DNA of 64,000 nucleotides from a bacterium (GTDB lineage Bacteria > Zhuqueibacterota > Zhuqueibacteria > Residuimicrobiales > Krinioviventaceae): positions 800,001 to 864,000 of the forward strand of contig OY843751.1 in assembly GCA_963693055.1 (NCBI GenBank). Reading direction: 5' to 3'. The position numbers and the translations under genes were made by a program. The notes below the pieces were generated by a model, which was not told where the DNA came from, made no database searches, and saw only the letters and a list, made by a program, of their open reading frames with translations. Shown in pieces: positions 19,772-29,197 of this stretch (within the stretch, counting starts at the first letter, position 1; each line of letters opens with the position of its first letter).

Positions 19772-20793
19772 CGTAAATTTGTTTTAGAATTTTTAGTATC
19801 CATTACTGCTTTAAATACCATATCTGAAGTGATGGATTGCATACACTCCATTTTGGGACAAAGATCACGATGACAGCGGCTGCAATCAATTTGGTGAAAG
19901 ACCAGACGATGTCCCTTGTTGGGGCTGTACGGGAACCATATTTCGGGTTCACCCGGCCCGAAAATACCTACAGTAGGTGTGCCAACAGCGGGAGCAAGGT
20001 GCATGGGACCACAATCATTCGATACAAAAACATTTATATGATACAGAATTGCAGCGAGTTTTCTAAGTGAAAGTACCTCTGGTGCAATGGCGTCGTAACG
20101 GTAGTTTTTAATAACAGATTGAACCAGATGATGTTCTCCGGGACCCATTGTGAACAATATTTGAGCATCAGCTTCGGCAGTCAGGCGGGTTGCTAATTCA
20201 CTGAATCGTTCAGGTGACCATCGTTTAGCGGGCCAGGTTGCGCCAGCGTGTATACCAATAATTTTTTTATCCAGATCAAAGCCTTTTTGTTCCAGATATT
20301 TTGCTGCCCACTCTTTCTCATCAGGATGAACAATAATATAAGGATCAACTGGTTCGTGAGGCTTGATATCGAGCGGTGAAAGATAACGCAGGTGAAAATC
20401 AACCGCAGTGCGGGTTTTACCATCATCTTTGATCTTGTGATTGTAAAAGTGCTTTCTGCCTCTAAAGTTACCACCTATGCGTATTTTAGCCCCGGATAAC
20501 CAGGTTAAATAGGCCGAACGTGGATTACCAAACAGATCAATCGCAATATCATATTTTTGTGTTAACAGTTTCACCATCACCCGGTTTTGCGAACCCTTGT
20601 CACTGCGTTTAAAGGATAACAGTCTGTAAATATGTGGGTGGTGCCTCAATAGTGAAATGTAGGGTTCTTCTGCAAGATAAGTGATAGATGCCTGGGGATA
20701 GGTGCGTTTTAATTCATGCAATAAAGGGGTGGTTAAAATAATATCACCCATAAACCGTAATCGTGAGATAAGAATATTATTAACTGTTTCCAA
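19768..20793 (-). CDS. GT9 family (LPS heptosyltransferase-like) glycosyltransferase
   Basis: RFMGDIILTTP, AKRW, SNDCGPMHLA, IFGP. Confidence 0.92.
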   Translation of the reverse strand: METVNNILISRLRFMGDIILTTPLLHELKRTYPQASITYLAEEPYISLLRHHPHIYRLLSFKRSDKGSQNRVMVKLLTQKYDIAIDLFGNPRSAYLTWLSGAKIRIGGNFRGRKHFYNHKIKDDGKTRTAVDFHLRYLSPLDIKPHEPVDPYIIVHPDEKEWAAKYLEQKGFDLDKKIIGIHAGATWPAKRWSPERFSELATRLTAEADAQILFTMGPGEHHLVQSVIKNYRYDAIAPEVLSLRKLAAILYHINVFVSNDCGPMHLAPAVGTPTVGIFGPGEPEIWFPYSPNKGHRLVFHQIDCSRCHRDLCPKMECMQSITSDMVFKAVMDTKNSKTNLR

Positions 20794-20860
20794 TCGGCCC
20801 TCGTTTTGTATTGATTAGAATAGTAATAAAACTTGATCTATAAATCAAGAAAATTTTCGA

Positions 20861-21718
20861 TTATGTTAAAGAAAAGAGAGAGTAATTTGGTGATTTGACA
20901 CCTTTAATTGTTACAGGGTATCGAATAACTTGCTGATCTGTTAATTTTTGCAATGTTTGCTCAACTGCGAGCGTGTTCCATCTAAATAAGCGTATAATGG
21001 ATTTTGCATCTGAGACGAGTACGGTTTCAAAGTATTTTTTTAGTATCTGAAAATAGGCGTCTTGAATTGAGAGAGTAGAGATGGATTCAAATATCTCTTC
21101 AAATCTGTTGTTGAACAAGTCCCATAAGAATGTAAAGGGATCATAAAACTCGCCTATTTTTAAAACAAACATTTTCATTTGCAATTCAGTCATGGCTTTG
21201 TCAAAATCTGAACGTCGGTCAGGGTTTGATAATCTACTGGCGATTTTTAGATCAGAGGTGATCATGGGATGGTTTTCCATAAGGGCGTCCATAATTGCTT
21301 TGGCGTTTGCAGACAATCTTCCGGCCATATATTCCGCAATATAGGCATTGGGATCGTCAGAATAGCCTTTGGTTTTGTAAAACCAGGGTAGGTATTCAAG
21401 CGAGATCATGGCGGGACGATTTTTCAGCGCCTTTCCATAATAAATTTGTTTTCTGGCTGGTAATACATCCTTGGCCGTCCAAACCAGACCAATAGTGGGA
21501 TCGTGCTGAACATGGTGTGGATATTCCGGATCTCTTGCTCCACATGCCGCATGCCACAAGCAGGGCAGTTCTGATTTGTTAGATTTGAATGCAAAACAAA
21601 ATCCAACCTTGTTGACAAAGTCAAGCGCATTGTCTGTATCGGTTATGCGGAGTTCGGGAGTACGATGGTAAATGGCATCCCGTTTTTCTTCTATATATTC
21701 AATGGTGAATTCGGTCAT
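20861..21718 (-). CDS. AlkZ/YcaQ-related winged-helix protein (putative DNA glycosylase-like)
   Basis: ALDFVNKVGFCF, LPCLW, WTAKDVLP, YYGK, FDKAMTELQMKM pattern of the AlkZ-related family; 4-bp overlap with mutY. Confidence 0.6.
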   Translation of the reverse strand: MTEFTIEYIEEKRDAIYHRTPELRITDTDNALDFVNKVGFCFAFKSNKSELPCLWHAACGARDPEYPHHVQHDPTIGLVWTAKDVLPARKQIYYGKALKNRPAMISLEYLPWFYKTKGYSDDPNAYIAEYMAGRLSANAKAIMDALMENHPMITSDLKIASRLSNPDRRSDFDKAMTELQMKMFVLKIGEFYDPFTFLWDLFNNRFEEIFESISTLSIQDAYFQILKKYFETVLVSDAKSIIRLFRWNTLAVEQTLQKLTDQQVIRYPVTIKGVKSPNYSLFSLT

Positions 21719-22791
21719 GATTGTCTTTTCAGCATTTTGTCCAGTATTTTGCGGTTTGCACGGGGGAATGCAAAATCGTCAATTGTATCCAGAGTTACCC
21801 ATTTCCAATCCGCGCAACCAATGGTTTTTGGGGTACCCGAGAGATATTTGCAATTAAATACCTGCATTGTTATGGAAAAATGGGTATAGGCGTGTTTAAC
21901 CGTATCGAACAATTCATCAACTTGAACATCAATATCCAATTCTTCTTTAATCTCGCGTGCAGCCGCCTGTTCCGGGGATTCATTGTCTTCTACCTTACCA
22001 CCGGGAAACTCCCAGAGCCCACCCAGCAGCCCTTTGTCCGGACGTTTTGCGATCAGGATTTTATCGTCATGGTAAATAATTCCAGCGGCAATCAGATGGT
22101 GCGGCAGAGCTTTTGATGGCGGCTTTACCGGATATTGTTCCATATCCCCATGTTTGTTGGCAGCGCAATACTTGTTTATGGGGCATAACATGCATTTGGG
22201 AGATTTGGGACGGCAAACCATTGCGCCCAATTCCATGATGGCCTGATTATAATCCCCGGGTCGATTCTCGGATAAATGCTGCTGAGCCAGGGTTTCCATC
22301 TCTTTTTTGCCAGTGTGGGATTTGGGATCAGTTGTAATTCGATACAATCTGCACAATACTCGGTTTACATTACCATCTACAACCGCCAACTGTTGATTAA
22401 AAGCAATGCTGAGAATAGCCGCAGCGGTGTAAGGACCAATTCCGCTCAAGCTGCGCACAGAATCTGCCTCGTTTGGGAAAATGCCATTGTGATCATTTAC
22501 AATCTGTTTCGCGGCTTTGTGCAGATTGCGTGCACGGGCATAGTAGCCCAATCCTTCCCAGAGTTTGAGGACCTGGTCCTGATTGGCACCTGCCAGATCA
22601 AATACTTTTGGGAATGCATCAATAAAACGCAGGTAATAGGGAACAACGGTTTTGACCTGTGTCTGCTGCAGCATGATTTCGGATACCCATATGGCATAGG
22701 GATCACTGGTTTGCCGCCAGGGTAGGTCACGGAATTCATTGTCGTACCACTCGAGTAAAGCGGTTTGGATATGGGGGATATGAGCAGTCAT
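21715..22791 (-). CDS. mutY: A/G-specific adenine glycosylase with intact C-terminal Nudix (MutT) box
   Basis: RDLPWR, SEIMLQQT, WEGLGYY, HhH GIGPYTA, VDGNV, FCL CRPKSPKCMLCPINKYC, GGKVEDNESPEQAAAREIKEELDI. Confidence 0.96.
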   Translation of the reverse strand: MTAHIPHIQTALLEWYDNEFRDLPWRQTSDPYAIWVSEIMLQQTQVKTVVPYYLRFIDAFPKVFDLAGANQDQVLKLWEGLGYYARARNLHKAAKQIVNDHNGIFPNEADSVRSLSGIGPYTAAAILSIAFNQQLAVVDGNVNRVLCRLYRITTDPKSHTGKKEMETLAQQHLSENRPGDYNQAIMELGAMVCRPKSPKCMLCPINKYCAANKHGDMEQYPVKPPSKALPHHLIAAGIIYHDDKILIAKRPDKGLLGGLWEFPGGKVEDNESPEQAAAREIKEELDIDVQVDELFDTVKHAYTHFSITMQVFNCKYLSGTPKTIGCADWKWVTLDTIDDFAFPRANRKILDKMLKRQS

Positions 22792-22994
22792 ATGTTTTTA
22801 TAATTTAGCATAATACATTGATTAACGAAATTTTAAGTATTAAAAAATAGGATTAATTGAAAAGAAAACTAGTATTAATTCAAAGAAACATAGCAACTTG
22901 ATATTTATACTTAAAGTAAGGCTATTAATTTTTTGAAAGATTTTAAATGATTGTTTCATCTAGTCTTGAAAAAGTAAATAGTATATGAAAAAGA

Positions 22995-23318
22995 TTACTC
23001 AATTATCCATTTGCGTTGTTTGTTAATCTCCTCTTTTTCGCGGAATGCTGCCTCCAGATCAATGTCGTAACGGTTGGCTATGGAAAAGAGATAGATCAGA
23101 ATGTCAGCCAGTTCGTGCGAGATATCACCAAAATTGGAACGGGTATCTATTTTTAGTCCTTCAGATTTTCGAACAGCCTTGAACAGCTCCCCAATCTCTT
23201 CTCCTAATAGCAGACATTTATCCCTTGCTGACTGGTCAATGAATCCCCGCTCGATCTCGAGCTGGTTAACATATTCCTGTAAATCTTCCAGTGTAGGGTT
23301 TTCTATTAAATTTGGCAT
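22995..23318 (-). CDS. MazG-like nucleotide pyrophosphohydrolase
   Basis: LGEEIGELFKAVRK...ELADILIYL...KEEIN. Start ATG 23318 likely (ORF track extends to 23342). Confidence 0.88.
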   Translation of the reverse strand: MPNLIENPTLEDLQEYVNQLEIERGFIDQSARDKCLLLGEEIGELFKAVRKSEGLKIDTRSNFGDISHELADILIYLFSIANRYDIDLEAAFREKEEINKQRKWIIE

Positions 23319-23441
23319 GAGTATTTTCCTGAAAAATAACAAGTGAATTGTTTGGTATAGAATAAATTGATTTTTTGGGGTAAATACAACAAGAATGTAG
23401 TGTGAATTTAATTTATTAGATTGTTTTTAATTTGGAAACTT

Positions 23442-23511
23442 AAAAAACCCCTCAAAGCCTTGGGTCTTTGAGGGGCGTTGATAAAACCCGGCACCTGCCA
23501 TGCGCCGGGTT
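23442..23511 (-). terminator. Two tandem hairpins downstream of the activase gene; distal one is an intrinsic terminator
   Basis: CCCCTCAAAG/CTTTGAGGGG stem with A6 tract (U-tract on - strand); second stem AACCCGGC/GCCGGGTT. Confidence 0.75.
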
Positions 23512-23514
23512 GTT

Positions 23515-24273
23515 TTAAACTTCACTCCTGGCCTCCTGCGCCAGGAGCGAAGCGCCTAATGCACCGGCAAACTGAGGAAGGTCCGGTACTATTATTTCTC
23601 GATGTAATAATTTTTCCAACAATACCCGAATACATGGATTTTTAGCAACACCCCCTTCAAAGACTATGGGGCCATCTCCGCCAATCCGGTTTATCATGCT
23701 GACTGCCCGTTTGGCTACGGATTTGTGCAGCGCCCATGCAATATCATTCCGTTCATGTCCTTTGGATATCAGAGAGATCACTTCAGATTCTGCAAATACA
23801 GTGCACATACTGTTAATTTGAATCTCGGTTTGAGATTCCAGGGCGTGATCACCAAATTCCTGAATGTTGAATCCCAGGGTAGATGCCATAATCTCTAAAA
23901 ATTTGCCGGTTCCTGCGGCACAACGGTCATTCATTTCAAATTTTTTGACCTTGCCATTATCAAACAAAGAGATAACTTTACAGTCTTGGCCGCCAATATC
24001 CAGAATTAAAGAAGCTGTGGGGAATAGGGCTTTGGCACCCTGGGCATGAGCTTTAATTTCAGTAACTGTGGGGCTGTCATACTCGATCTCCACAAGATTA
24101 CGTCCATAGCCAGTAGCTAAAAGTCTGTCATACCCTAGACCATCCAATAATTGTTTGGTCTGGTTAAGAGGATCGTAACCCGTGTCTGCATGACGATATT
24201 CAAGTATATTGCTATTTTCAGTCACAACAACTTTGATTGTTCTTGAGCCGATATCAATTCCGGCGCACTTCAT
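23515..24273 (-). CDS. ASKHA-type [4Fe-4S] ATPase activator (HgdC/BcrAD family; DCCP reductase)
   Basis: GIDIGSRTIK, TGYGR, LDIGGQDCK, MNDRCAAGTGKF, CTVFAESE. Confidence 0.93.
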   Translation of the reverse strand: MKCAGIDIGSRTIKVVVTENSNILEYRHADTGYDPLNQTKQLLDGLGYDRLLATGYGRNLVEIEYDSPTVTEIKAHAQGAKALFPTASLILDIGGQDCKVISLFDNGKVKKFEMNDRCAAGTGKFLEIMASTLGFNIQEFGDHALESQTEIQINSMCTVFAESEVISLISKGHERNDIAWALHKSVAKRAVSMINRIGGDGPIVFEGGVAKNPCIRVLLEKLLHREIIVPDLPQFAGALGASLLAQEARSEV

Positions 24274-24288
24274 ACTGCCAACTCCTGC

Positions 24289-25566
24289 TTATCTCAACTG
24301 CTCTACAAATGCTTCTACGCGGGTTTTCAGCTGCCCCACATCTTCCATGCTGTAATCGGTTTCCACGCGAAGCACGGGAACACCGGCATCTTCAAGTTTA
24401 TTTTCTACTGGAATGGATTCCATAATATAAGGCTGGCAGAACTGTAATCCGTAATGGATTACTCCATCTGCGTTATAGGCTTTGACCATCTCTTGAATGT
24501 GCTGTGTACGCTCGGAATTAGGAGTGAATATGGCGCAATCTACTTTGAAATAACGATCAATGATGGCATCCATCAATTCATCCAAAGAATTGCCTGTAGC
24601 ATCGGTAAGGTTACGTGTGCCGCGCTCACCTACGCATGATTCTTCACCAACAATCACAGCACCAGAGGATTCAACAATCCATGGGAACTTCCAGTTGGGT
24701 ACTGCCATGGGACAACCAGAGATAAGAATGCGCGGTGTATTTTCCGGGAAAACGCCTTCTTTGTTGGCAATGCGTTCGGTTAATTCGTCACAGATTTTGT
24801 TTACAGAAGCGGTAAAACGTTCGGGATTGTCATAAAAGAATACCTGGTTTGCCAGCAGGGCATCGAGACCGGAAATAGGAGCGGGGCTCGCTTTTCTCAA
24901 TGCGGAAAGCCGATGTATGGCACCACGTTTTTCGTTTACAATTTGAATACCTTTTTTCAGGGATTCCAGTGTTACCTCGTGACCGGTCAGTTCCTGAAGT
25001 GCTTGCATAAAACGATAATATTCGGATTTTAACAGCATACGCCCCTGCTCGGATTTAACCTGGGGGATGTCCATTACATACAGATTATCTACAAGGGTAT
25101 CCAGTGTTTCATAGGCTTTTTTCTTGCCATCGCAGGTATTTTCACCTACAATCATATCTGCGCTTTCCAGATACGGGCACACTTTGCCCAGTTTGAACCC
25201 AAAAGAGGATTTGATCAGCGAACAGGTATTGCGGGGCAGATATTGTTCAACACTTTCTGTGGCAAAATCAGCCCCGGAACATAATCCTACTAGCGAGGCG
25301 TTTGCAGCCAGTACAAGTTCTTCCGGAACAAAAACACAATACGAGCCAACAATTTTGCGACCCTGGTCTTTTTCATCCAGTAATTCTTTGATACGCAGGC
25401 CATGCACTTCGCTCATAACAAAATCGAAATATTGCATGCCTTGTGGACGGTTTTTCTGCGAAAGGTAAATATCCCCATAACCTTGGCCCAGTACTTCAAG
25501 CAGTGCATCGTGGGCACCCAGATCCAGTCCGAGATCGGACCACATTTGCTGATAATTTTCAGACAT
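24289..25566 (-). CDS. Double-cubane-cluster-containing protein (2-hydroxyacyl-CoA dehydratase-like family)
   Basis: YCVFVPEE, GLCSG, LPRNTCSLIKS, CPY, TCDGKKK, EESCVG, DCAIFTPN, LQFCQPY, ETDYS; adjacent activase. ATG 25566 fits SD GGAGG. Confidence 0.85.
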   Translation of the reverse strand: MSENYQQMWSDLGLDLGAHDALLEVLGQGYGDIYLSQKNRPQGMQYFDFVMSEVHGLRIKELLDEKDQGRKIVGSYCVFVPEELVLAANASLVGLCSGADFATESVEQYLPRNTCSLIKSSFGFKLGKVCPYLESADMIVGENTCDGKKKAYETLDTLVDNLYVMDIPQVKSEQGRMLLKSEYYRFMQALQELTGHEVTLESLKKGIQIVNEKRGAIHRLSALRKASPAPISGLDALLANQVFFYDNPERFTASVNKICDELTERIANKEGVFPENTPRILISGCPMAVPNWKFPWIVESSGAVIVGEESCVGERGTRNLTDATGNSLDELMDAIIDRYFKVDCAIFTPNSERTQHIQEMVKAYNADGVIHYGLQFCQPYIMESIPVENKLEDAGVPVLRVETDYSMEDVGQLKTRVEAFVEQLR

Positions 25567-25981
25567 GTTCATCCTCCAAATGATGTTGTTCGCTTACATC
25601 CCCACGCGAACACCTTTAATTGGAAAGACAAACGCACAGGAACGTTACGAAAATAAACTGAGAAAAGAGCTGACCAGCCCTTTGATCGGTTGTCAATTAC
25701 ATTGATAAAAAAGTAATTTCATAACGCTTTCCGTTTTCAGAACGTTGTTGAATGAATTACAGGAAAATTTATGTCAGGATTCTCTTTTTTTTACAATTAA
25801 TGCATTTTTTGTACAATATGCAAGTGGAATGTGCTGACTTGCTTTGCAATTTATATTAAATGTATGTTAACAATTGTAAAATGTTCCATGTTGGATGTTA
25901 TTGTCGTGGAAATTTTTGTTACTTTTCAAGTCAGCGTAACTTATCGTTTCAAGTGGATAAGGGGATAGGGTTTCGTTCTAC

Positions 25982-26018
25982 AAAAAAACCTCCCAAAGCT
26001 AACTGCTATGGGAGGTTT
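25982..26018 (-). terminator. Intrinsic terminator after the GHMP kinase operon
   Basis: AAACCTCCCA/TGGGAGGTTT stem with A7 tract. Confidence 0.75.
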
Positions 26019-26064
26019 AAAATCTCATCATCTTTATAATTCTATATATCCTAATTCAGACAGG

Positions 26065-27057
26065 CTAGATCTGCGGTTTAATGACCACGGCGCCAATTTT
26101 TGAGAGCTCCTGTTTCAGTTTTTCAAACATCTGCGGTCCGTCATAGGTACCTACAATGGCGCCGCCGCTACCAGAGAATTTGGCGCTGGCACCAACGGAG
26201 CGGGCATGTTCTACCATTTCCAGATTCATACGTGAGATGGGGAAAATCTCTTTACGTTTGTCAAAATTCTGGTTCATGATTTTGCCCAGCTTGTCCGGTT
26301 CATGGTTAATCAGGCAATCGCGTGCCTGTTCTGCCATTTCCGCAAAATACTTCATGGCATCAATTACTTTTTGATCACCGGCCATAAAACGTCCGCGCAG
26401 GTTGCCATGCGCAATACCCGAGATTTCAGCCAGATCGCTGATATAAGCCAGATAGATAGGCGGTAGTACATTGGGATCAATGTTTTCATAATTGCCATAC
26501 CCCTGACTGTCTATCAGTTTTTTATCAAAATCCATATATACCAGGTTTTCGTATACCTGCACCACCCGGTCCTGCAGACCTGCAGAGATTTGCAGCTCGT
26601 CTGTTTCTACACTGAGAATTAGATTAGGGATTTGCGGTTTGGGCACTTCAATGCCGTAAAATGTCATTAATGCGCGTATAGTTGCGGTTACAATTGCACT
26701 TGACCCGGCAAGTCCCACCTGTACAGGTATGTTGGAATTATAACGAACGGTGAAATTCTTGTCTGCCAGAACAATACCTTTGCTCTTGCAGTACTCGAAA
26801 AACTTTTTAGCCGCTGCTTTGATGAGGCGAATACCACCGTAATAACCATGACGTTGTACGTCTTTGACCAGGTGTTCCAGATTTTCAAAATATGAATGGT
26901 CCCGCTGGTTCGGGATGATCTCTATGTCCGGTGTCTCATACAGGGTTACTTCGGCGAAAAAATCTTTAAATGTTACAGACAGGGTCTTGCCAAAGTATCC
27001 GTCAGAAGGATTCCCCGCAAGTCCTGCACGTGTGTATGCTTTTGTTCTTACTATCAT
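26065..27057 (-). CDS. GHMP kinase, glucuronokinase-like
   Basis: RAGLAGNPSDGYFG, GYYGGIRL, IPVQVGLAGSSA, AGLQDRVVQVY, KFSGSGGA. ATG 27057 has SD GAGAGGA. Confidence 0.85.
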   Translation of the reverse strand: MIVRTKAYTRAGLAGNPSDGYFGKTLSVTFKDFFAEVTLYETPDIEIIPNQRDHSYFENLEHLVKDVQRHGYYGGIRLIKAAAKKFFEYCKSKGIVLADKNFTVRYNSNIPVQVGLAGSSAIVTATIRALMTFYGIEVPKPQIPNLILSVETDELQISAGLQDRVVQVYENLVYMDFDKKLIDSQGYGNYENIDPNVLPPIYLAYISDLAEISGIAHGNLRGRFMAGDQKVIDAMKYFAEMAEQARDCLINHEPDKLGKIMNQNFDKRKEIFPISRMNLEMVEHARSVGASAKFSGSGGAIVGTYDGPQMFEKLKQELSKIGAVVIKPQI

Positions 27058-27077
27058 ATGTTCCTCTCTAATTTTTA

Positions 27078-27923
27078 TTAGAGTTTGGATTGTATCCAAT
27101 CCCACAATATATCGAGATTTTGCTTCTTTTCTACTTCGTTAAACAATTCATGATTTGAAATCGGACAAATATACTGCTTTTTATCCTCAGTTCCAAATAA
27201 AGAAAACATTTTTGTGGCGTCATCAATGTTGATGATATTATCATTTTCGCCCAACATTAATAATATAGGAATATTTACCTGATTTGCGTTTTTATGCACA
27301 TCCTCAATTACCTCCAGCATGGATAAAAAGAACGAAACGCTTGCCATGTCATGAACCAGTTCGTCTTTTTTGTACTTTTCTACTTCATTGCGGTCATGCG
27401 AGAGATCGTCAGGATTGATTCCGTTGGGCATGGTAAAAGAGGGAGCAATGTGGTTCAACATTTTTGCAAGTGCGTGCTTCCATGCCGGTACCGGTACTTT
27501 GATTCCAAAAGCCGGAGATGAAAACACAACACCATTTAAGAGATTGTCCGGATATTGTAATAAAAAATCCATTGCAATGAGCCCACCCAGGCTATGTCCC
27601 AACAGGATTGGAGGTTTGTCGTTCCATTTATCCCTTATAAAGCCGCACATGGTTTTCATGTCTCTGGCATAATTATGGAAATGTTTTACATGACCCCGTT
27701 TACCCCCTGATTTTCCATGGCCCTGGTGGTCAAGCGCATACACTGCCATGCCTTTGGGTAACACCAGATCCAGAATGTTGCGGTACCGTCCGGAATGCTC
27801 ACCAATACCATGCGCAATAATGAGGTTACCAATGTGCTCTGTTTCAGGCAGCCAGTATTGATAAAAGATATTAATGCCGTCCTGATTGACAAATTCCCCG
27901 GTCGTATGATTTGTTGTTTTCAT
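27078..27923 (-). CDS. Alpha/beta hydrolase (monoacylglycerol lipase/lysophospholipase family)
   Basis: HGIGEHSGRY, DHQGHGKS, GHSLGG nucleophile, HELFNE. Confidence 0.92.
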   Translation of the reverse strand: MKTTNHTTGEFVNQDGINIFYQYWLPETEHIGNLIIAHGIGEHSGRYRNILDLVLPKGMAVYALDHQGHGKSGGKRGHVKHFHNYARDMKTMCGFIRDKWNDKPPILLGHSLGGLIAMDFLLQYPDNLLNGVVFSSPAFGIKVPVPAWKHALAKMLNHIAPSFTMPNGINPDDLSHDRNEVEKYKKDELVHDMASVSFFLSMLEVIEDVHKNANQVNIPILLMLGENDNIINIDDATKMFSLFGTEDKKQYICPISNHELFNEVEKKQNLDILWDWIQSKL

Positions 27924-28624
27924 GCTTTTTCGCTTATATTGTAGGGTAATGATTTGATAATTGTGATTTTACTGGGAGTCACCTCTGCCTGGTATACCAG
28001 AATTTCAACGCCATGATTTTTGGCCATGGCTAGTGTTTCAGCATACAGGGGATCAATATCTGCCGCAGGTTCAAAGCTGTCAGTATCATTGCGCTGCACC
28101 AGATAAAACATCACCGCGCGGTGGCCCAGATCAACCATGTCCATTAACTCTTTGAGGTGTTTGGTTCCGCGAGAAGTAACCGCATCGGGGAACAGGGCAA
28201 GGTTGTCTCTTGCCAGGGTTACGTTTTTAACCTCAACATAACATTTTTCTTCATCGCAGGTCAGCAGAATATCAATCCGGCTGTTTTTACCGTATGCTAC
28301 CTCTCTTTTAAATTCGGTATAGCCGGTTAGTTCAGGGATTTGTCCATCCACAATGGCATCGTAGACAATTTTGTTGGGGTAATGTGTATTTATACCCACC
28401 CAGGTATCGTTTATTTCAATCATTTCCCAGGTATATTTATGTTTGCGTTTGGGATTATCGCTTAGTGATACTTTAACTTTACTTCCGGGGGTTTTGCAGG
28501 AGAGCATACTACCGGAATTTGCACAAAAGGCGGTTATGTTTTCTCCGTTTTCCAGTTTTATGTCAGCTAAAAAGCGTTTGTATCGTTGTATTAATGTACC
28601 TGTGTATAATTCGGGTAAATCCAT
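27920..28624 (-). CDS. sfsA: DNA/RNA nuclease SfsA
   Basis: RYKRFLAD, NSGSM, SRIDILL, YVEVKNVT, FPDAVTSRGTKHL. Confidence 0.95.
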   Translation of the reverse strand: MDLPELYTGTLIQRYKRFLADIKLENGENITAFCANSGSMLSCKTPGSKVKVSLSDNPKRKHKYTWEMIEINDTWVGINTHYPNKIVYDAIVDGQIPELTGYTEFKREVAYGKNSRIDILLTCDEEKCYVEVKNVTLARDNLALFPDAVTSRGTKHLKELMDMVDLGHRAVMFYLVQRNDTDSFEPAADIDPLYAETLAMAKNHGVEILVYQAEVTPSKITIIKSLPYNISEKA

Positions 28625-28627
28625 ATA

Positions 28628-29185
28628 TTATTGTACCTCGTTGAACCAGGCGATCTCTTTTAGATCATGCCTTTTCTTTGTTCTGATATTATCAGATTCC
28701 GGATACCCTACCGCAAACATGGCAACCGGTCTGTATTTTGCGGGAAGTTTTAAAGCTTTTTTTACACCCTTGGCGCTGAACCAGCCAATCCAGCAGGCAC
28801 CAAGATCCAGTGCATGGGCCTGTAATACAAAATGCTCACCGGCTATGCCAGAGTCTATCAGGTAATAATTCAATCCGGTAATTTGTTTGCCAATGCGGTT
28901 GGTCAGAACATCCAGTTTGGCGAGCTGCACAACCAGAATCGGGGCTTTTTCGGCCCAGCGTGTTGCGGCAAAAACGCCTGTAAACGCGTGTTTGGTTAGA
29001 TGTGCTTTTGTTTCGGGATCGTCAATAATTATAAAGCGAGAAGGCTGCGAGTTTTCAGCCGAGGGCGCCAAACGTGCAGCCTCTGCGCATTGCAGCAAAA
29101 GCTCTCGTTCGATGGGCTTGTCGGTAAAGCGGCGCACGCTTTGCCTTTTTTGAAACAGGTCCATCATGGATTGAGAAAAATGCAT
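28628..29185 (-). CDS. Nitroreductase family protein
   Basis: RQSVRRF, APSAENSQP, LGACWIG, VGYP. Confidence 0.92.
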   Translation of the reverse strand: MHFSQSMMDLFQKRQSVRRFTDKPIERELLLQCAEAARLAPSAENSQPSRFIIIDDPETKAHLTKHAFTGVFAATRWAEKAPILVVQLAKLDVLTNRIGKQITGLNYYLIDSGIAGEHFVLQAHALDLGACWIGWFSAKGVKKALKLPAKYRPVAMFAVGYPESDNIRTKKRHDLKEIAWFNEVQ

Positions 29186-29197
29186 TTATACTTCCGT

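Noticed and set aside
23442-26018. CAAAGC-containing hairpins at 23448 and 25986 resembling c-di-GMP-I riboswitch fragments or a REP family
   Set aside because: No upstream GGCAAA/GNRA P2 element; both have U-tracts on the - strand just after stop codons and are explained as terminators.
387-26043. Shared TTAAAATCTCATC...TAATTCT string at ~387 and ~26017
   Set aside because: Short, AT-rich, unrelated contexts; cannot be distinguished from chance.
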